Positions 11,739 to 24,000 of a stretch of 49,482 nt of DNA are shown here, one piece after another. Within the stretch, counting starts at the first letter, position 1. Every line of letters begins with the position of its first letter. Under the pieces are notes generated by a model. It did no database searches and was not told where the DNA came from. It saw only the letters and a list, made by a program, of their open reading frames with translations. The stretch comes from Macrostomum lignano (lineage: Eukaryota): contig NIVC01004342.1 in NCBI GenBank assembly GCA_002269645.1, forward strand, positions 1 through 49,482, in the 5' to 3' direction. The translations under genes and the position numbers were made by a program.

Positions 11739-12190
11739 GGGGGGGGGCTTGATTAAGCGCGCGCATTTTGAAACTGCTCTACGTGACACAAGCGGGCATT
11801 TCAAATGCAGGCGTCTGGAACAAGCGCACATTTTTAACACTGATTGACTCTGGTGCAAGAGCGCATTTCAAATGTACCTTTCTGGCACAGGCCCGCATCT
11901 GAATGCCACTTGAGCTCGGTTGATTTATGGTGTGGATGTTTTACACTTTTAAGGTTATTTTGATGATTTGGCCCCTCCCCTCAAGTGAGTGCAGCTCAAG
12001 CGAAAAGGGGTGGAAAGTGTGAGACAAAGAGGGGCGCTAGTCTGTCAGGTGATGTACATCTTTTGTGGTCCTAAATGTACAATCACAATGGGTCACAGAA
12101 TTATCTGTGAGGTGACTGCCGTCAAAATTGTCTGCGCGCTTGTGTCACAGCCGCGTCTGCGCGCTTGTGCGCGCTTATTCAGCCCTCCCC
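11739..12190. mobile_element. MITE-like element with imperfect terminal inverted repeats
   Basis: The left end GGGGGGCTTGATTAAGCGCGC...GTGACACAAGCG matches the reverse complement of the right end GCGCTTGTGTCAC...GCGCGCTTATTCAGCCCTCCCC. Five ~33-bp degenerate subterminal units (CAAGCGCGCATTTCAAATG-like) lie at 11755-11905. No clear TSD. Confidence 0.5.
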
Positions 12191-12208
12191 TTTGGTCTTT
12201 GTTTTTCA

Positions 12209-12280
12209 AACTGTCCTGCTCTGGCTTATCAGGCCGTGAATTCGGTTCGGAAAGGAAAGAAGGGCTTGTTTTGCTTAGCG
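12209..12280 (+). repeat. 72-bp dispersed direct repeat, copy 2
   Basis: Identical to 10812-10883. Confidence 0.9.
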
Positions 12281-15200
12281 TACAAACTATAACCCCTGGT
12301 CCGTGGCCTGGCCTAGTGAGTCACCGAAATCGCTCACTCCCGCCCGTCTCTCACCCGACCCCAAACTCTCTTATTTGCCTGCCCTATCCTGCCTGCCCCC
12401 CCCATTCACATCGGAATCGGAAATAAAGCGACGGTAGCGGTGGGCGGGTGCGGTTCCCCCCACACCCCACCCCCTTGAAGCTTGGCTAAGAAGTGCATTC
12501 GCATTTCCTTTATTCTTAATATCCACAAATTTGCTTCATCGTAACACTTAATTTTTTGAATCGTTTAAGAAATTCACATTTACAAAAAAACTTCAAAGAT
12601 TTTTTAATATAATACTTATTTGGGTGGGAATCGTTCGACGACTTGGGAATTAGAATAAGGATTGTTAAAGCTCTGTAAGCTAGGAAGGAATCCCCTAGGA
12701 TCTTTGGGGGCGCCACGTAGTGGCGCCAGCAAGCACCAAGGGGAGCGTTGGCGCCAAGTAGTTGTTCGTTGAGGAACTGCTAAAATTTGGGTTGGGATTT
12801 GGGAACAATGCTGCTACTTTTTTAAACCTAAACCTGCTGTGAGTGAAAGTGACCATTTTTGTCAGCCTGTTGATAAGGCCACGGCCCCCAGGCCCTGTCT
12901 GGACTGGACTGTGGACTATCGCTAGACTTTAATTATTAAATAATTGTTTGGCTGACCCACTTTCGGCAATTAACTAATGCAGACACGGCAAAGCTATCAG
13001 TATCATCGATCGTCTCGGGCCCTCGCCCGTGGTCACGTGATTCAGTCATTGTCGAGAATTGTAAAATTTGACTCGACTTTATCTAGCCCTAAGCCCAGGT
13101 CTGTCTGTTAGCAATTAGCAAACCTGTGTATAATGTCAACTTCAGCTAATGCAGACGGTTATGCAGTGGAATAAATTGTCAAATTGTAAATCGACAATTG
13201 TAAGTTGTAAATTGTAAAGTTGCGTAATGCACTTTACACAACGGACACAACTTTACAGATCATAAGAAGGTCGTGGTGCCATGCCTTTCAAAGTCGATTT
13301 TATAACATGCAAAAATTGTTTCTTTTAACTTTGATGCCAAAAAATGATTTTAAACTTTCTGCTCATTTTCCAATATGAAACTCGTGCCAGTTGTGTGAAG
13401 ACTGAAGAGTAAAGATTGTCATAAAAATCATAAATTTTCGGGGGCGTTCATTTTCAATTTCAAGTCTCTCAGTGCTCCGGTGCTCCCTGCTCAAGGCCAC
13501 TCCCTATTTTCTCGTCCCCGTTCCTCTCCAGACGGGGTCGTTAAGTTGATAAAACAAAGTTCAAATTCGAGACACACGCCAGACAAAAACAAGCCCAGTC
13601 CTCGTGTGATGCCGAGCGAGACAAAGACCTCCATTTACGTTACTGCTTACTTATTTTGTGTTTAGCAATAAGGTTCAGGAATTTAGTAGAGACTGTAAAC
13701 AGCCGCCTTATCTATATTTTTATGTTCGTCCTTTATGGAATTGTGCTTACTATATAATAAGTTCTCCCTGTCCTCACTCCCAGTCCACAGTAGTCATATT
13801 GGGTATGTGGAATGGAATGTGTCGGGCCTGGCGTTCCCATCTATCCTCTTTATTTGTTTCTTAAAAGAATTCTTAAATCTAAGATTCTAAGAATGAAATA
13901 TGGTTCAATCTTAATCTCAGTGTTTGAGTTTGAGATCTCAACAATTCAATGCTTTCTAGCAATGGACATTAACAAATATATTGAGCAGAGTAAACTATAT
14001 AACCTATACTCGGCTATAGTAAATCTTGGCTCTCAAATTGGCATCAATTTTGGACATTTCCGCATCAAAATAACCAGTATAAAAGTACTGGTGCAATACT
14101 TGATACTAGCATTATGTTGTTGTCGTGTTGTGTACTTTAGTTAAAAATGCATATTAGCCTGTTAAATTATCAGTGCTGTACCTGTATGTCAATATGCATG
14201 CATACGCAGAAATCGCTGACAAACGATACTTAACGTTAAACAAACAGGATACTTGAGCATTGTTGCACAATCGACTTTCGAGCAAGCTAGTGAGGTGCCC
14301 AGCAGATTTTGAGGAGCCATCATGCCACTGCATCCGTATTCTAATAATGAGCTACATAAAAGTAACTTACTATTAGAACGTATGATGCAGAGTTAGAGGG
14401 ACACATTTGCCGTGTTCCGTTGCTGAACAACCCACTACCTCACCGGCTTAAGATAATGCTTTGTCGATTAACTCACTCAGTTTGAGGGTTTATTACTTAC
14501 CGCTGCATTACTATCAATTTAGAATTAGGTGGCAGAGTGGCTGTTAGGTAAAAGTGGTGAATGGAAAATGCGGCAAGGGCAAACTACAAGCGCATATATG
14601 GCAAAGGAACAAGCCAGAAAGGAAGGGCGCAGCTTTACCTAAATTGCTAAGGGCGCGCTTATTGAAGATTCTCTCGGGGCCGAGGGGGGTTGGGGTGGAG
14701 GCTTGACGAAGGGGTGGGACTGACGTCAGTTGCTATAAATAGGCCATGGATATAGGAAATTTACCCGAAACTTGCGGGGCTTGAACTGGGGGGGGGGGGG
14801 GGTGGACCAAGCCAGCCAATAGAATTCAAGTAGGAAAGGCAAGCCTTGAGGAATGGACTGAGGGTTTGACAGTGAATTTTGTATTAAAAAAGTGACTCCC
14901 AAACTGAGGCCTGCTGGGGAAAAAGCTTTTTGTAGCATAATGCCTTTAGATTGGTTCGCTTTTTGTTGTTAAACAGCTATTGAAAAATTAGAATAAATAA
15001 ATTTGGAAATTTGTCTTTCTCTATAGTTCACATTAAAGTGCTATTGTATTAATGAGATTGCACTGTGGTCTTTAGCCTTCTCAAAAATATAATGAGCCCT
15101 TGCCATCCCGGAAACAGCTTTTATCTGCTCCACGCGGCAGCTCCGGTCTGGTGGTCAATTAGAAATTATAATTCTATTGCTAAAATTTATATTAGTTCGT

Positions 15201-15371
15201 CTTGCAGTTAGTCGGATCCATATTGATTCTTACACATTATTCTTATTAGTAAACCGTATGCCCAACTAGCAGGCAATTAATGAGCATTTTCTGTCTGTGT
15301 ACTCGTACATCTTTGTTTCTACAAAGATAGAGTCGACAAAGTGAGGTGCAATCATTTCAATCTCGCATCTC

Positions 15372-16547
15372 GTGAACTCTGAACTCATCAACTTATGAAT
15401 ATGAACTCACTTATGAACTCATGAACCCAGAAACCCAGGATCAGGAACTTATGAACTCACTCATGAACTCACTCATGAACTCATGAACTCACTCATGAAC
15501 TCACTCATGAACTCACTCATGAACTCACTCATGAACTCACTCATGAACTCACTCATGAACTCACTCATGAACTCACTCATGAACTCACTCATGAACTCAC
15601 GAACTCACTCATCAACTCATGAACTCACTTATGAACTCATGAACTCACTCATGAACTCATGAACTCACTCATGAACTCATGAACTCACTCATGAACTCAT
15701 GAACTCACTCATCAACTCACTCATCAACTCATGAACTCACTCATCAACTCATGAACTCACTCATGAACTCATGAACTCATGAACTCATGAGCTCACTCAT
15801 GAACTCATGAACTCACTCATGAACTCACTCATCAACTCATGAACTCACTCATCAACTCATGAACTCACTCATGAACTCATGAACTCATGAACTCATGAAC
15901 TCACTCATCAACTCATGAACTCACTCATGAACTCATGAACTCATGAACTCACTCATGAACTCACTCATGAACTCATGAACTCACTCATGAACTCATGAAC
16001 TCACTCATGAACTCATGAACTCACTCATGAACTCATGAACTCACTCATGAACTCATGAACTCACTCATGAACTCATGAACTCACTCATGAACTCATGAAC
16101 TCACTCATGAAATCACTCATGAACTCATTGAACTCACTCATGAAATCACTCATGAACTCACTCATGAACTCATTGAACTCACTCATGAAATCACTCATGA
16201 ACTCACTCATGAACTCATGAACTCACTCATGAACTCATGAACTCACTCATGAACTCATGAACTCACTCATGAAATCACTCATGAACTCATTGAACTCACT
16301 CATGAAATCACTCATGAACACACTCATGAACTCACTCATGAACTCATTGAATTCACTCATGAAATCACTCATGAACTCACTCATGAAATCACTCATGAAC
16401 TCACTCATGAAATCACTCATGAACTCACTCATGAAATCACTCATGAACTCACTCATGAAATCACTCATTAAATCACTCATGAACTCACTCATGAACTCAC
16501 TCATTAAATCACTCATGAACTCATGAACTCATGAACTCATGAACTCA
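15372..16547. repeat. Composite satellite of 8-mer ATGAACTC and 12-mer ATGAACTCACTC
   Basis: Directly visible; variants ATCAACTC in the left-middle part and ATGAAATC in the right part. Confidence 0.97.
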
Positions 16548-17461
16548 GGGGGGAGGGGCCACGCGCCAGAGCCACAGCAGACAGCACCCAATACACAGTC
16601 GATGCCATTGTTGTAACATAATCATCCAGATCAGGTGCCACTTTTTGTCAGAGGGCCTAGATTCGAACGCACTATCTCAATATCACACTTTTTGTTGACA
16701 ATTGTAAAAATTAAGATTCAAAATTTTTAATTTTCGGCTGTCTGGGGATCTGCTTGATTATTTCACCTCTCATATCTCACGACGAATGTCTTTTCTCTCA
16801 CTCAATGCCGCTTCTCCACTCCTCTTGGTCTCGCCTCTTGGTCACAAAATCATCCCAGGTGCACTTGGACTGGCAATGCATAAGAGACAAAGCAGGCAAA
16901 TAAATGCGCTAGAGGGATGAAGTTAGTAACCCATTGACACGCTGGTGCAGGCTCACTCTCGGTGAATTCTGACTCATTTACCTACAGTATGCACTCCGGC
17001 TGACGTGACATTTGACAGCTGCTGAATAAGGCTGGCCTGTGTGTGCGTGACTGCTAATCTCTCTCCTCACACATATAAGTACTTGTACGGTGTACCTGAA
17101 CCTCAATAGTGTATATTCTGAGGTAAAATAAAATGCGCAATATATGCTACTCACAAGCAGTAGAAGTGCGACGGCATTTTCTGAAAACTTTCAGTAAAAA
17201 ATTATATTTTTATAGTATTCCATAGAGTATAGTTTAATAGCTCTGCAATTATATATTAGACTTGGACTCTTATATTCCTGTCGCGAACCCACCTGGTGAT
17301 TAATTGGATGGAGGGAGGCTGGGGAGAGTTTCCTGGGAATAAATCTCGGTGGCTGGTCTGAGACCCGAGACTCAACCCTCGTGTATTTAGAACTAAAGCA
17401 AGTCACAGCTGGCCCGAGTCATGGGAGCCAGAATTAAGACTCAATTAAGAGTGCTAACGTT

Positions 17462-17561
<100 letters not shown>

Positions 17562-17686
17562 CGTTGTCATTCCTCATGCTCGAGCACGCATCTCTTTTTG
17601 GCCCATAAATAAATCAGAACTATTAAAATGCTATCCTACTATAACTTACCTAGAAGGAGAGAGAGAAAATAGCGCAAAAAATTCGG

Positions 17687-17700
17687 ATCTCCATGGCAAC
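17687..17700. promoter_or_regulatory. RFX X-box candidate upstream of the CNBD gene
   Basis: ATCTCCATGGCAAC fits RTHNYY-WT-RRNRAC exactly and lies ~355 bp upstream of the ATG at 18056. Confidence 0.5.
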
Positions 17701-18055
17701 CGAAATTGAGCCCAAAAGTCGAGTCCTGAGCGGGTGAGCCGACCAAGATAATAATGTGAGCACAACTCAAACCTTGACGCCATGCACGCAGGCTGCCTGG
17801 CCGAGCCATATGGCAGAGATGAGATAGCGAATAACGATATGCCGAAGATCAAGCCTTAATCTGAAGCACTGTGCTTGCGCCTGTGCTTTTTGTGTATTTA
17901 AACCGCTCGTAAAGTTGACTTGGCCAAGGCGAGTGAAGCGCGAGAGGTAAGGGCAGCTCAAAAAAGACATGTTTGCGCTACTTATTTAATTAAGCTTTGC
18001 GAATTCACCCCGGGTCGTGACCCAACTGACTTGACCTGCCAAGAAGAACTCAGCA

Positions 18056-21000
18056 ATGAGTTTCACGGACCGCGTCATCAGCCTGTGCGAGACTGCGCCA
18101 GAGGGGCGCAACGAGGAGGAGATCGAGTTCTTGGCCAGGTGGATCGAATCCAGCAGCTCGTATTTTCGGAAGCTGCGCAACAAAGGTACGCTGGTCCCTG
18201 AGTTCGGTGTTGTTGCTAGCCAATTGCGTTCTAGCGTTTGCACCTATTGAAGTGAATCTCAATGAGACAGAAGTGAATCTCAACGAGACAGAAGTGAATC
18301 TCAGTGAGACAGAAGTGAGTCTCAGTCAGACAGAAGCGAATCTCAATGAGACAGAAGTGAATCTTAATGAGACAGAAGTGATTCTCAATGAGACAGAAGT
18401 GAATCTCAATGAGACAGAAGTGAATCTCAATGAGACAGAAGTGAATCTCAATGAGACAGAAGTGAATCTCAGTGAGACAGAAGTGAATCTCAGTCAGACA
18501 GAAGCGAATCTCAATGAGACAGAAGTGAATCTTAATGACAGAAGTGAATCTCAATGAGTTGGAAACTAATGTCAATGGGAGGGAAACTAATCTCAATGAG
18601 AGGGAAACTAATCTCACTGAGAGGAAACTAATCTCACTGAGAGGAAACTAATCTCACTAAGAGGAAACTAATCTCACTAAGAGGAAACTAATCTCAGTGG
18701 GGGAGCCCACTTGTGTTTCAAGAAGTCTGAGAGTTCATGTACCGACTGTGCAGGCATTGTAAAGAAAAGAAATCAGTGCGAAAAGTTTGCATTGTCGGTT
18801 GAAATCTATCGCCATGTAGAAAAAATACAGAGAGGCTTTGGTCATGTGCCGCAACTCAATGGCGAAAGTCGACAAGCAGCCAGCCAGGAGGCAAGCAGTC
18901 ATTCCGAGTTTGCTGACCCTTTGAGCACGAACTCGGATATGTACGCAGGCACACGCTCACACAGGGTGGGTGTACGGCGGTCCTGCCTTTTTATGCGCAC
19001 TTTCAGCTAGGCATGAGTGCCCGACGTGACAAACTCCAGCTATTGCGCATCTGAAAGCTGCTTACGGCTGTTCAGTCCAAGGACTGGGGGGTCGCCACAC
19101 ACACTCCCAATTACCCCAGCTAATGCTGGCACCCATTTTACAGCTGGGTGAACTGAAGCAATGCAGAGTTGAGTGTCTTGCTCAAGGACACAATTGTTCC
19201 GAGTGGGTCAAGAATCGAACCCCCGACCTTTCAGTCGCGAGTCCGACGCTCTGACCACTAGTCTGCAACCCCTTTTGAAAAGTAACTTCAAACAAAATCG
19301 ACTGTAGCGTCCTACTTACTTCAGTTGTTTATGAATCGAACTCGGGGTCTCGAACTCAATTTCAACCTCAGATACTAGAATATGACTCGATTGGCCACTC
19401 AGGCATAAATACCTAGCAAAACAGCTTTCTACTTTCAGTTCAGTAGCAATGAAGAATACCTAAGCTATTTTATAAGAATAAAGGCAGCTGAGATGACTTT
19501 GATAAGTTCAGAAGCCCAAGCTTGCAGACGTAAACAGCTTGCTGATTGGTTCAACCATAATGTACATGATAAGCCACTGAAATGTACATGGCAGATTTAG
19601 GCTCGAACAACCGGGGAAAGTAATAAAAATTGGGTGGCGGGGCAGGGGTAGAGGTTCTGTTTGGAGTTTGAATGTTTAAAATGGGGGGTATAGCCAATAA
19701 CTCGTAAATACGCAGCCTGTAATCCTTGTCTTTAAAAATACATTAAAATGCTTCAGTTTAACTTGCTACTGAACTGAAAGTAGCTTACACGCAAATGTGT
19801 TGAGTGGCCCATCTAGTTATTCTAGCATTTGTGATTTCAACTCGTTAAAAAATCTTTCCAGACGCTATTCGAGAAATCGTTCGCGACTGCCACCTGCAGC
19901 GTTTCCATGCCAACGAGCTGATCATTCGGCAGGGCGAGAAGGGCCACAGTTTCTACCTGGTGATCACCGGACGCGTCTCCGTGTATGTCAACAGCGATGC
20001 CGAGCAGGCCTCGGAGCCTGTCACTGCTGCCGACGCCTCGGCTTCAGGCGCAGGGGGTTCCAACCAAGCGGATCGGGACCCAGAGGCGGATGCGGACGAT
20101 GCCGACGAGGATGTGGACTTGGCCTTCCTCGATGATGCTAATAAATTAGCCAGTCACGGCGAGGACGCAGAAGAGTTGCGCAGCCGCTTGCTAGGCGCTC
20201 ACGTGCTGCAGATGGGCGAGGGCTACGCATTCGGCGAGATCGCCCTCACCAGTCCTAACAGCATCCGTAAGGCGTCCGTCATCTGCGATGAGGATGTCGC
20301 AGTGCTAGTAATTCACCAGGTGTCATTTGCTAGAACTCTTAAAGCCTACCAGCTGCAGGAGTACCAGATGATCGAGAGCTTCATAGACACCTGCCCTGTG
20401 TTCGTCAACTGGCGACCGAAGCAGCGGCAGAGCCTGCGCAACAGCCTGCACAAGGAGGTGTACGGATACGGCGAGCCGATTGTGCAGCAGGGCCAGAAGA
20501 GCGGAGGCCTGTTCTTTATTGTTGGGTGAGGAAGCGAGTCCATCCACTTAATAGCTATAATATTGTAATATATGATAATTTTATGGCTGCGGGCACCTGG
20601 CGCAAAGCCTTCGGTGACATGACATCGTCCCATTTTCGAGGAGGGCGTTTCAAAATCTACAAAATTCACAAACCCGAATTACACCCGGCTTCACGTACGG
20701 CATACTCAAACTTTAAATACTCGGATATTAATTTTGAAGCATCTCCACTTAGGAACTGACAGCTGCGAGGTAGTTGAATTTCAGAGTAATCATGCCAGGT
20801 TTAGGATGCAGAAGTGTGCTTCAATAAATGGACGTGAGAAACGTGAAGTTGTCACGTGTTTCCAATGCGTGCATGGTTAGCAAGTGTAGGTATATCCTCG
20901 TATCCCAAGCATTGCTGCTGCAAGACAATGCTTGCTCCGGTTGCTTCCACCACCTCAGCTGAAATTTCCCGGCTCCCAAAAACTGCCTCTACTGTTGCTG

Positions 21001-24000
21001 ATACCTGGCTGCATGATCCCCAGTAAGGGGCGGGGGTGGTGGAGGCCGCACTGCTGACCACCCGACCATTCAGACACTGCTATGGGTTTGGGGTGAGCCT
21101 CCCAGTGCATAGAGAAAGCCTGCTCCAGTTATCATCGATCCAAGCAGGCTCAGAGGCAAGGGGTGAAAGAAAGCCAAGAGCGAGAGAGGGGAGAGAGGAA
21201 AAATAGTAGACCTGTTGAATTTTTTCGTCTACGGGGGCCTTGATAGACAACCGGTAGTTGCCATGACAATAAGTCCAAATTCAGGTGCAACTTTGCCTTC
21301 AAACTCAAGTCTCGTTAAAATATGCTTTTATGTAGGGAAACAAACGTAAAAATAAAACCGAGAAATTTGCTTCTAGGAGCGAACCAGAATAAAGCAAAGT
21401 GCTTTCATTTCCCATCTGTCAAGAGGATCCGTGAAGCTGCTCGCCGATCCAATCAGGTGGCCGGCGAGCATCCAGAAGTCAGAGAAGGACGAACAATCTT
21501 CAGCGGCGCCGGCAGCGACTCCGGCTCCGGCTGCAGCGGCCGTGCAGGCGGGACTGCTTCGACATCGTCAGGGCTACCAGGCTGCTGAGCAGAGGCAGCG
21601 CAGTCGTCAGGTCGAGATCGCCTTGCTAGGCGAGGGCGAGATTCTCGGGCAAGTGGAGCTGCTCGCAAGTTTAGGCGAGAGTCTCACAACTGCGATAAGC
21701 GTCGACAACACCTACGGCTACTGGCTGAATCGCGCCAATTGTCGCCGACTGCTGTCTCGCAACCGCGGCGCTCTGGCCCAGCTGCGCCAAACGATCCTGC
21801 TCCGTCTGCAGTCTCGTTCACGTCGGGCCCCTTTGATGCGTCGACTCGGCCAGGATCCTCGAATTGCGGGCGGTGCCGCGGCGGCAGCGGCAGTAGCCGC
21901 GGCTGCAGCCGCAGCAACCGCGGCTTCCACAGATCCCGTGGCAGCAGGCGAGGAGCAGCGCCAGCTGCAGCAGCAACAACGCCAGGCTTGGCTGATGCAC
22001 ACGCGCAAGCAGCCGCCGCCTGGCGACCTGCTCTGGCAGCACATGCTGGCCATGTACGTGGAGGGCCGCAGCCAGCTGGGTCCAGCTCCGGCCGATGCGT
22101 CGCTCTACTATCGCCACCTGTGCCGGGTGAATGCGGAGCGCAGGCGGCATCTTCGAGAGCGATCGAGGCCGGCTAAACTGGTCGCGTCGCTTCAGAACGA
22201 AGATGAGGAAGAGGCCAGGGAGTCTGAGCTGGACAGCGGGCAGCCGCAGTTGAAGATGTGGCAGCAGCAGCAGCAGCAGCGGCGGCGCACGGTCCCTAGG
22301 AGTCGCCGGCTGTTGCAACGCGAACTGGAAGCATCCGAGAAAGGAATAGTCTCGGGTCTGGGTGAGCGGCCTGATTTTGATTTCTGTTGAAAAATGGAGC
22401 TCTGAGTGGATAAAATATTTGGATAAAATTCCTGGAAGGCTGATTGATCAACAGTTAGATGCTTTAAAAATCTTTTTCGACTGGCTTTCATCGCGTAACC
22501 CGGATGGAGCAAAGACGATACACCAAATCAGCACTATTTTTTTCGCAGTTAAGTAGAACTCATACCCAACTTTGAAGGAGGAATAGCCCGCAACATTTCC
22601 TACTCTTCAAACAAAAAGAAATGTCTTCTTTGTCTCGTCTAAGATAATGGGTGAACTTGAAAAGAAACAACTGTAAAGGTATCAAAGCATCAGTGATATG
22701 CTGTTTGGCTAGCGTAGCTTGTATTTTTTGGCAATTAATTTTGGTGAAAAATCGGACGCTCAATTCCACAATTCTACAAAATTGTCTCGATTTTTGCGAG
22801 CAAGTTTTTTAACTCGGCGATATTCGAGGCCGTCGAGATATTTAACAGTTTCTTAGTAGAAACATAAAACGCAAGATTTTTTGGCATCTTTGGCTCGCAA
22901 ATATCCTGAAGGGGTGGAGAATTTTGGCAGCGAGACGTTTGCCCCGCCGACGTTTGTACACCGTAGTAGCTGAAAATTCATCTGGTCGGAGTGATTGGTG
23001 CAGCTTTTTGTACGCGTCTATCAGATGTAGCTTGTAGATTCGCTTGTACTTGTATTGTTGTGGATCCTCTTAATGCAAGTGGGAATGATTATTCGCAATT
23101 TCAGCAGGTATAGTATCGAATTTCGTCTGTCTCATGCAGTAAATAGTTTCGTTTCAAGCTTCTTTGATGATTAAATCTTTCTAGAATCGTTTGAATCTTA
23201 CACTGAGTTTAAAATTAAGAACAATTTTAAGTCGGTGTCAAACTTAAATTATTTGAATATTTATTTGCACAAAAGTGACTGTGTACTGAAAATCGCATAA
23301 AACATACAGTAAAAAATCTTCAAGAGCAAAGTATTCTCGTGTTAAGGAAGCAAATTAAGGGAAGGCTAGGCTGGGCTAAACTTGAACTATTGAAGAATAT
23401 TGTAGCTGGGAAATGTGCGGCGGGCAAACATGCGATGGGCGAACACCCAACGGGAAAGCATCCGACGGGCGAACACCCAACGGGCAAACATCCGATGGGC
23501 GAACACCCAACGGGAAAGCAATCGACGGGCGAACACCCAACGGGAAAGCATCCGACGGGCGAACACCCAACGGGAAAGCATCCGACGGGCGAACACCCAA
23601 CGGGCAAACATCCGATGGGCGAACACCCAACGGGAAAGCAATCGACGGGCGAACACCCAACGGGAAAGCATCCGACGGGCGAACACCCAACGGGAAAGCA
23701 ATCGACGGGCGAACACCCAACGGGAAAGCATCCGACGGGCGAACACCCAACGGGAAAGCATCCGACGGGCGAACACCCAACGGGAAAGCATCCGCCGGGC
23801 AAAACATCTACATTTTTTAGAGAAACAAAAAAATTAATTCCAAATTTTAAATTTTAAGATTGAATACTTGTCCTTGCCTCCACTCAGAATATCGACAGCC
23901 TGCTGCTGCTTTCGCTGCCAACGAGGCCAACAGAGCGGCCTTCCGCCCGACTGATGCTGGCAAAGGGCCTGGTGACTCAGCAGGCGCCGCCAATGCACCT

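Noticed and set aside
19335-19395. Degenerate tRNA-like head on the minus strand next to SINE A copy 1
   Set aside because: No cloverleaf and no sequence link to either SINE body; too weak to call.
22362-22390. Stop at 22388-22390 as the end of the CNBD gene
   Set aside because: A strong donor G|GTGAGC at 22361/22362 joins in phase to two further coding exons.
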